NCBI GenBank assembly: GCA_030599585.1 | Contig: JAUVNS010000013.1 | Location: forward strand, 32,001-96,000 | Source: Promethearchaeota archaeon | GTDB lineage: Archaea; Asgardarchaeota; Lokiarchaeia; Sigyniarchaeales; SOKP01 | Length of the DNA stretch: 64,000 nucleotides | Direction of reading: 5' to 3' | Shown: positions 57,236-64,000 of the stretch, piece after piece | Layout of the letters: every line of letters starts with the position of its first letter | Position numbering within the stretch: the first letter of the stretch is position 1 | The notes under the pieces: model-generated | Told to the model about the DNA's origin: nothing | The model's database searches: none | The model's input: the letters and a program-made list of their open reading frames with translations, nothing else | Position numbers and translations under genes: made by a program

Positions 57236-58819
57236 TCAAAATCCACAATCTCGAATGACGGGATTTTTTTCTTTTGATATTTCTCTTCTAGTTAATCTTA
57301 AAAGAAGTTCTGTTTTGACTTCCAAATATTTATTATCATCCCATAAATTATTCATTTCATCAGGATCCTTTTTGAGGTTAAATAACTCTCCATGTTCTCT
57401 AAATACAGAAAGTCTCCACTTATCAGATATTAGTGTTCGTATTTTTTGATTGTTATGGTCGTCATCCATTTCAATCATGACATCCTCATTAATCTCTTGT
57501 TGGGGATCCTTAAGTAATAGCTCTATGCTTTTTCCCTGCATTGAATCGGGAATAGGGAACCCAGCTAATTCTAGAATTGTTTCAGGAAGATCTATTGAAC
57601 TAGTCAATGAATTGCAAATCTTATTTTGAATTCCTCCAGGCACTTTTATAATAAGAGGGATTTTAATTAAACCTTGATATAGAAAAGGTCCTTTGAAGAA
57701 GAATCGATGTTCTCCACCAAGATCACCGTGGTCAGTTGTATAAATTATTACAGTATTCTCTGCAAGACCGAGTTTTTCTAACGATTCTGTTATTTCCCCA
57801 ATCGCATCATCCATCATTTTTTCTGTACCATAGGATGCTGCTAAAATTCGCTTAGCTTCCATTTCTGTTAAATTTTTTGGTGTTGGGAATATGCTCTTTT
57901 CAGTACCTTCTGATCCTAGAAGTTCGTTGTAATGAGTCTTATTGAACTTCGAGCTATTTTCATGATTGTCGTTAAATGAGGACGGTAAGATAATATCTTC
58001 TGGTTTATACATGTCAAAATATTTGCCCGGTGGCGAGAACGGATGGTGTGGGTCAGGAAAAGAACAGAAAGCAAAGAAATTCGATTTATCATACTGCCCC
58101 GTGGCAAACCTTTCCAGAAATTCAATTGTATTTTCTTTTACAAATGTTGTTGAATATAATTCTTCGGGCACATTATGTTTAAGAACTTGTATCTTAACGA
58201 ATGATTTGTTAGTATTAATGCATAAATTGAGTTTGGCTTGCATCCTACTAATAGTATCTGACAATCTTATCCTCATGGGCTTTCTAAGCAAATCGTTTTC
58301 TTCTATTTTTCCCTTTACCCAATTCATGTAATCCGGATGACCACAAAGAGTTCCATGACCTGAGACAAGCTTAATTTCATCCAATCCAAAATAAGGAGAA
58401 TAGTTAGTTAAATCACTATATTGTTTAGGATGAGCAAATTCTTGGCTCACAGTGGGAGATTTAAATTTTCCAGAAGAAGCTCCAAAATAATTTAGATGAA
58501 TTTTACCGAAACTTGCCGTATGATATTCTCCAGATTCTAATAGCACATCTAAAAATGTTCTTGTGCCCTGTGGTAAATTTCTTCCATTTGTAGACACCCC
58601 ATGAGATGAAGGATATTGGCCAGTGAAGATTGTACTCCTATTTGGCATGCAAATTGGATTATTACAATAAAAATTCGTAAACTTAATTCCCTCTTTAGCG
58701 ATACGATCGATATTGGGCGTTTTTAAGACCATATTGTCATTGTAACAACTTAAATGGTCGCGACGCTGCTGATCTGTAAAGATAAATAAAAAATTTAATT
58801 TCTGGCTAATTTTAATCAC
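57236..58819 (-). CDS. Formylglycine-dependent sulfatase (S1 family)
   Basis: FTDQQR, CMPNR (CxPxR), GKIH, DPHHPF, TTDHGD, KGP, ELFNLKKDPDEMNNL. Confidence 0.9.
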   Translation of the reverse strand: MIKISQKLNFLFIFTDQQRRDHLSCYNDNMVLKTPNIDRIAKEGIKFTNFYCNNPICMPNRSTIFTGQYPSSHGVSTNGRNLPQGTRTFLDVLLESGEYHTASFGKIHLNYFGASSGKFKSPTVSQEFAHPKQYSDLTNYSPYFGLDEIKLVSGHGTLCGHPDYMNWVKGKIEENDLLRKPMRIRLSDTISRMQAKLNLCINTNKSFVKIQVLKHNVPEELYSTTFVKENTIEFLERFATGQYDKSNFFAFCSFPDPHHPFSPPGKYFDMYKPEDIILPSSFNDNHENSSKFNKTHYNELLGSEGTEKSIFPTPKNLTEMEAKRILAASYGTEKMMDDAIGEITESLEKLGLAENTVIIYTTDHGDLGGEHRFFFKGPFLYQGLIKIPLIIKVPGGIQNKICNSLTSSIDLPETILELAGFPIPDSMQGKSIELLLKDPQQEINEDVMIEMDDDHNNQKIRTLISDKWRLSVFREHGELFNLKKDPDEMNNLWDDNKYLEVKTELLLRLTRREISKEKNPVIRDCGF

Positions 58820-58940
58820 ACTTTAAAATTTAAATTTGTATTCAAAAAGATTACTAGAGTTAAAAATTAAAGCCAAAATAAATCTTTTTATAGTCTTAAC
58901 TCAAGAATGTATTAATAAAAAGAATTTTGAAATAAAGAAA

Positions 58941-60320
58941 ATGTCTGTTAATAAATTACCAAAAAAGCAAGTTTCGGGTTATATAATGGGAATGGTTCCT
59001 CTAACAATCATTCTTGGAGTCTTTCGCTTAGCTTACATAAAATTTTTCTTCGATTCTTTAGGCCTTGATGCGATTTTGTTTGTAATTGGTATGGTTATCT
59101 TCATGTTTATCAACATGACGAACGATCCAATTATTGGTCAATGGCAAGATAATACCAATGTGGAAAAACGAGGTAGTCGTCGGATATTTTATATAAAATA
59201 CTTCAGTCCACTTTTAGTAATTGTATTTGTTCTTATGTGGTTTCCATGGAGCACCGACAACGCATCTCCTTTAGGTCAATTTGTAATGTTTCTTCATTTT
59301 GTGATAAGTATCAGCATTTTTGATACGCTATCAAACATCGTTACTATGGCTTGGATGGCTCTACTGCCAGATATGACGGCAGACTTAGGCGAACGCACTA
59401 AAATTAACTTCTTTGGAAGCATATTAGGCCTATTCGCAAGTTTTCTTGTAATAACAGTGCCAACGATGGTAGATAATTTGCAGTTTTTTCAAATGTATAA
59501 TATTGTTGTTGCGGTTATTAGCTATACGTGTTATTTATTGGTTGTTAAATTTTCGAAAGAACGTCCAGAACACCAACATGATAAAAGTCCTCCTTTATGG
59601 ACTGCCATCAAGCAAACTATTAAATCCAAATCGTTCATGATGTATGTTGGATTTAACTTTTTCAAGACGCTCATTAGTTCAATACAACTCTCGTATGTCT
59701 TTCTATTTTTGATATTGATCGGTCCTGAGAATGTAGGATTATACTTTTTAATCGTAATTATAGTTGGTTGGAGTTCAAGTATTCTTTGCATGAAGCTGAG
59801 AAAGAAACATGGATTTAAGAAGTTACTACTTCGGTTCACAACTATTCAATTCGTGGGTGGATTTATTCTATTCTTTTTAGTTTTAATCCCTTCAATCTCA
59901 ATTCCCACTATGTGGATAGGACTTGCATTCTCGGCATTCTTTGGAGGTGCAGGTGTATTTGGAGTTATAATGCAGACGCTACCTATTGACGAAGATGAAA
60001 TAAAATATGGATCTAGGCGAGAAGGGATGTTTTATGGTATTAATGCATTGTTCACTAAACCAACTGAGAGTATTGGTCCTATCATTGTGACTATTGTACT
60101 TGGATTAACTGGATACGTACAAAACTCTCCCATTCAAACAGATTTGGCGATGTTTGGAATTATATTTGTATTTTATTTCATTGTCAACATTTTTGTAGCT
60201 TTAAGTTTAATATTTGCATACCTATTTCCACTAGAAGGCGAAAAATTAGAGCAACTCGAAACCGAACTTGAGGAATTACATAAGAAAAAACGAGAAGAAT
60301 TTGCTTCAAAAAATTTATAG
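58941..60320 (+). CDS. MFS transporter, GPH/MelB family
   Basis: NDPIIGQWQD...GSRR, IDEDE...RREGMFYG; about 12 TM. ATG at 58941 preferred over TTG at 58836. Confidence 0.85.
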   Translation: MSVNKLPKKQVSGYIMGMVPLTIILGVFRLAYIKFFFDSLGLDAILFVIGMVIFMFINMTNDPIIGQWQDNTNVEKRGSRRIFYIKYFSPLLVIVFVLMWFPWSTDNASPLGQFVMFLHFVISISIFDTLSNIVTMAWMALLPDMTADLGERTKINFFGSILGLFASFLVITVPTMVDNLQFFQMYNIVVAVISYTCYLLVVKFSKERPEHQHDKSPPLWTAIKQTIKSKSFMMYVGFNFFKTLISSIQLSYVFLFLILIGPENVGLYFLIVIIVGWSSSILCMKLRKKHGFKKLLLRFTTIQFVGGFILFFLVLIPSISIPTMWIGLAFSAFFGGAGVFGVIMQTLPIDEDEIKYGSRREGMFYGINALFTKPTESIGPIIVTIVLGLTGYVQNSPIQTDLAMFGIIFVFYFIVNIFVALSLIFAYLFPLEGEKLEQLETELEELHKKKREEFASKNL

Positions 60321-60389
60321 TAAAATAAGCACTAATCAGTTTGATATTTTGCAATAAATAACTACTTATTTTTTTTTATTGAGGTTTTT

Positions 60390-61637
60390 ATTATTACATA
60401 TGACTTAATAATTATCGGAGGTGGTCCAGGTGGAGCAACGGCAGCAAAAATTGCTGCAGAGAGCGATGCAAAGGTGTTGTTGCTTGAAGCTGCTGAGGAA
60501 GGACGGTATAAATGTTGTGCTGGAGGTATCCCAATTAGAAACGAGGAATTCTCATCAATTCCCCATGGAGTAGGTGATCGTGAAATAACTGGTGGAGTTC
60601 TATTCACACCTAAAAGTGGACCAATGGAATTCGATGCGTCGGGAAAAAACAACAAAGGTTTTTGTATGTTTCGAACTGACTTTGATAAACATTTAGTAAA
60701 TATTGCTCAAGACGCCGGTGCTCAAATAAAGTATAAATTCCGGGTTAAAAAAATAGAAATAAACAAGAGTTCAGGCGTAAAAGTGATAGGACTTAAAGAA
60801 TATCAAAGTAAGTGTGTTATCCTTGCAACTGGATTGGGAGGAGCTCAACTGCAAAGACAGGTTGGATTGGAGGTACCACCGATGATAAACGGAATACAAG
60901 CGGAATTTGAGGTTCCAGAATCAGTTATCGACGAACAATTCGGTAATCGAGTGTGGGAATTCTTCGATCGGAGCATAATTGATCACGGAATTGGGTGGGT
61001 CTTCCCGAAAAGTCAGGCATTAAGCATTGGAGTACTCGGTAAGGGTGTGAAAATGAGTCATTTTAAGTCTTTCCTACAAAATCCATTCATAAAGGAAAAA
61101 ATTCAGGGAAGAGAAATGAAAGTTTTTGGTGGTCGCAAAGTCTGGGCTGCTCCTATACCTGATCGTATGATCGCAAAACCCTATAGTGAACGAGTGATGA
61201 TAATTGGAGATGCTTGTGGAACAGCGGATCCAATTTTATACGAAGGAATTTATCAAGCGCGATTATCTGGCAAAATTGCAGCAGAAGTTTTTTGTCAGGC
61301 ACTTGAAGAAGAGGATTTTGGAGAATCTAAACTTGCAAATTACTACGCCCTCCTACTAAAACAGCTCTACGAAGAAGATTTGAGGTACTCCTATAAATTT
61401 CATTACCTTTTGTATCATAGTGGTCTCTTGGAACGAATCCTAGAAGCGTCCTATTCAATGGCTCAAGAAGATCCAGAGATGATGCAATCCACTATTGCTT
61501 TATTTACAGGGAGCGAAACTAGGAAGCATAGTTGGGAAGTTATGATGTCTCGTAAGATGAAACTAATCAAATTATTGGGTATTAAGAATAGTCTGAAACT
61601 TTTCCCAACTCTGGTTCATGCGCTACGTATCAAATAA
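60390..61637 (+). CDS. Geranylgeranyl reductase-family FAD oxidoreductase; inferred ATT start (60390 or 60393)
   Basis: YDLIIIGGGPGGATAA lies in frame upstream of the called GTG at 60474; also CAGG, RTDFD, GWVFPK, IGDACG...EGI. GAGGT SD at 60381-60385. Confidence 0.8.
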   Translation: MITYDLIIIGGGPGGATAAKIAAESDAKVLLLEAAEEGRYKCCAGGIPIRNEEFSSIPHGVGDREITGGVLFTPKSGPMEFDASGKNNKGFCMFRTDFDKHLVNIAQDAGAQIKYKFRVKKIEINKSSGVKVIGLKEYQSKCVILATGLGGAQLQRQVGLEVPPMINGIQAEFEVPESVIDEQFGNRVWEFFDRSIIDHGIGWVFPKSQALSIGVLGKGVKMSHFKSFLQNPFIKEKIQGREMKVFGGRKVWAAPIPDRMIAKPYSERVMIIGDACGTADPILYEGIYQARLSGKIAAEVFCQALEEEDFGESKLANYYALLLKQLYEEDLRYSYKFHYLLYHSGLLERILEASYSMAQEDPEMMQSTIALFTGSETRKHSWEVMMSRKMKLIKLLGIKNSLKLFPTLVHALRIK

Positions 61638-61782
61638 GTAAAAAAAAATTACAATTGTTTTTTTTATGAATTCATTTCATGGATTTTCTTTTTTATAAAA
61701 TAACAAATATGGAGATATTTATACCTAAATACTTAAAAAGAAATATTCTTAAGATAACCTAATACCTATGAACTAAAATGAT

Positions 61783-63282
61783 ATGACACTTAAGAAAAGT
61801 ATTGTGGTTATATTAATTATTATAATTTCACTAATCCTATTTACAAGTGAACTTATGATTCATTTTATCAATTTTCTTTATATTTATCCATTGGCATATT
61901 GGATCACCTATATCTCGGCGATCATTGGTGTTTTAACCGTTATTATTACTTTATTTTGGTATGCAAAGGCGAGAATAAGGTTTTCATCACCAATCAAAAA
62001 GAAGACATTTTCTTCCGTTAAAATAATTCTCACGATAATTACACTTTTAGGAATCATTCAGGTAATATTATCTCTATTTGCTAAAGAATTATTATACCAA
62101 TTAACTTCTATATTGTTTATCTCTTTATCAGTAATTTTTGGTTTTAGAACTTTTATTAATTTATCCACTTCACTCTTGTTTCGTTCGAATATTAAGGAGT
62201 TTGGGACAACACCCTCAGTTTCAATAATTATACCTGCCTATAATGAGGGTAAAGTGATTGAAAAAACAATAAGATCAGTTTTAGAACTGCGTTATAGTCA
62301 AAAAGAGATTATTGTTGTGGATGATGGCTCATGGGATGATACTTTAAAAATTGCAAAATTGATGGAAACTAATAATCAAATTAGGGTCATTTCAAAAAGA
62401 AAGAATGGAGGAAAGTGGAGTGCACTAAATGAAGGGATAGAATCATCTATATCAGATATAATAGTATGTATAGATGCTGATACAGTATTGGATAAGAACG
62501 CAATACAGCCATTAGTAAATCATTTCATTGATAGTAAAGTTGGAGCAGTAGCAGGGAATATAAAAGTTGGAAATCGAGATAAGTTACTTACAAAATTACA
62601 AGCTTTGGAATATATTTCTCAATTGAATATTCAAAGAAGAAGTGAGGCATTTTTTCAAAAAATAACAGTAGTTCCAGGTCCTCTAGGAGCTTTTAGAAAA
62701 TCTATAATTAAAGAAGTGGGTTTCTATACTGGAGATACATTTGCAGAAGATGCAGACTTAACTTTAAAAATTTTAAGAGCAGGATATAAAATAAAATACG
62801 AACCTAAATCAATTGGATATACAGAAGCTCCAATATTTTTTTTTGACTTAGCTAAACAAAGGTATCGTTGGTATAGAGGATTATTACAAGTAATAATTAA
62901 ACATAAAGGCATGTTTTTTAATCCAAAATATGGAACTACAGGATTGTTTATAATTCCTTGGATATCTTTGAATGGATTAATCTTTTCTTGGTTTAACTTT
63001 TTCGCAAGTGTATGGATTTTTATACTTATATTTAATCCATTTTCTGGATTTCTTATATATATACAAATTTATTTTTTCTGGTTTTTTTTCTTTCTGATAA
63101 TAGAAGTAGTTATGAGTATGTATGCAATATATGTGGATGTAAGGGAAAAGCCAAAAATTTTGTTTTATATAATCGCTTATAAATTATTCTACGGATACAT
63201 GACTAACACAATCAGAATTTTAAGTCAATTAGAGCAATATTTAAAATATCCTATGAAATGGGAGACTATTAGAAGAACTTGA
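61783..63282 (+). CDS. GT2 membrane glycosyltransferase (PgaC/IcaA/cellulose-synthase-like)
   Basis: IIPAYNE, VDDGS, GKWSALN, DAD, AED, QRYRW; N- and C-terminal TM helices. Confidence 0.9.
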   Translation: MTLKKSIVVILIIIISLILFTSELMIHFINFLYIYPLAYWITYISAIIGVLTVIITLFWYAKARIRFSSPIKKKTFSSVKIILTIITLLGIIQVILSLFAKELLYQLTSILFISLSVIFGFRTFINLSTSLLFRSNIKEFGTTPSVSIIIPAYNEGKVIEKTIRSVLELRYSQKEIIVVDDGSWDDTLKIAKLMETNNQIRVISKRKNGGKWSALNEGIESSISDIIVCIDADTVLDKNAIQPLVNHFIDSKVGAVAGNIKVGNRDKLLTKLQALEYISQLNIQRRSEAFFQKITVVPGPLGAFRKSIIKEVGFYTGDTFAEDADLTLKILRAGYKIKYEPKSIGYTEAPIFFFDLAKQRYRWYRGLLQVIIKHKGMFFNPKYGTTGLFIIPWISLNGLIFSWFNFFASVWIFILIFNPFSGFLIYIQIYFFWFFFFLIIEVVMSMYAIYVDVREKPKILFYIIAYKLFYGYMTNTIRILSQLEQYLKYPMKWETIRRT

Positions 63283-63424
63283 TAATAGTAATTTGAAAAT
63301 GGTAATAATTGTTTTTTTACTACAATTGTATATATATTGTTTGCTCAGATTCTGTATATAATTTCTATTCTTGATTTTAAATAGAATAAAAGAAGTAAAA
63401 GAAAATCGAATTTTGTTAAAAATT

Positions 63425-64000
63425 CTATCTGATTTTTTTATACATAGGATAGAAAATAGGTGAGATATAAGCTCCAATTACTTTCGAGTAAAACTTAACA
63501 ATATCTCCACCCACCCACATTATTTCACATTTATCTACGCCCTTTTGCTTTATATCCCATAAGCACCATAAAAAGAGTAGAGTCCCTATTCCTTTTCCTC
63601 GTAATGATTCTTTAACTCCTGTAGGCCCAAAAGAACCCGGAAAAAACTGACTATGTGTAGCCCATCCTACGATATTAAAGTTTGTATCTTTCGCAACAAA
63701 AGTCGTGGGAGGATTGAAAGTAAATGAGAATTTGACTTCAGCAGCCCAGGTATTATTAGGGAATTGTTGCCTTACGAAATCATAAGTTTTATCGAAATCT
63801 TCAGGTTGAACGCGCTCATACGTGTAAGCTTCTTTTTTCAACGCAGGTTCTTTTTTAATATCGTCTAAAGAAACTGTGAGGTTGAATATAGCCTTCTGGG
63901 ATTTAAATCCATGTTTTTTTAAAAAGAAATATAGACTAGTATTGCGTATATCAACACCGGGTTGCCAATATTCAGGAACGCTAGGACCATAAATTGCTTG
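63425..64000 (-). CDS. Tandem-domain GNAT acetyltransferase, 5' truncated by window edge
   Basis: Frame open to 64000 (...WQPGVDIRN...FLKKHGF...); C-terminal FGPTGVKESLRGKGIGT...FY. Confidence 0.8.
   Translation of the reverse strand, partial: QAIYGPSVPEYWQPGVDIRNTSLYFFLKKHGFKSQKAIFNLTVSLDDIKKEPALKKEAYTYERVQPEDFDKTYDFVRQQFPNNTWAAEVKFSFTFNPPTTFVAKDTNFNIVGWATHSQFFPGSFGPTGVKESLRGKGIGTLLFLWCLWDIKQKGVDKCEIMWVGGDIVKFYSKVIGAYISPIFYPMYKKIR

Noticed and set aside
60362-60655. Minus-strand 97-aa ORF and the other short ORFs nested in or antisense to long genes
   Set aside because: They overlap well-supported genes and lack motifs or plausible initiation signals.
1-64000. Genome-wide UGA reassignment (to Trp or Gly)
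   Set aside because: Ordinary genes end at TGA at their expected C-termini (e.g. 2506-2508, 37648-37650), Trp is encoded by TGG, and internal TGA occurs only at Cys sites of two redox genes.
1-64000. tRNA (including tRNA-Sec), rRNA, IS elements
   Set aside because: No GC-rich cloverleaf or rRNA-like segment and no transposase or terminal inverted repeats seen by eye; a tRNAscan-SE/Infernal run would be needed to exclude them formally.

Overview
AT-rich, gene-dense archaeal DNA with Lokiarchaeia (Asgard/Promethearchaeota) hallmarks: a Loki-CTERM-anchored surface protein, an Asgard-type profilin, a Rag-like GTPase, and UGA-containing genes with a eukaryote-type SECIS. No rRNA, tRNA, CRISPR or IS element was recognised. 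Two systems stand out. (1) A three-gene operon at 4600-8600 (transaldolase, fucose/arabinose-isomerase-fold protein, GH31 with YihQ sulfonate-binding motifs) looks like the upper sulfo-TAL (sulfoglycolytic transaldolase) pathway for sulfoquinovose, which I know only from bacteria. (2) A 13-kb minus-strand Hdr/MvhD/FrhB cluster (22261-35334) opens with two selenoprotein genes that the ORF track fragments: HdrA with 4 in-frame UGA codons and VhuD/MvhD with 2, all at positions that are Cys in paralogues in the same cluster. A eukaryote-like SECIS follows, and its AUGA core contains the vhuD UGA stop codon. The leader holds a short ORF whose UGA overlaps the hdrA ribosome-binding site. Other points: at least three genes need non-canonical starts (ATA, CTG/ATC, ATT); a free-standing GIY-YIG nuclease; an orphan nucleotidyltransferase-like gene; a repeat-stalked secreted protease; two sulfatase/GPH-transporter modules and several glycosidases. 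All family assignments come from motif recognition and recalled sequences, not from database searches.
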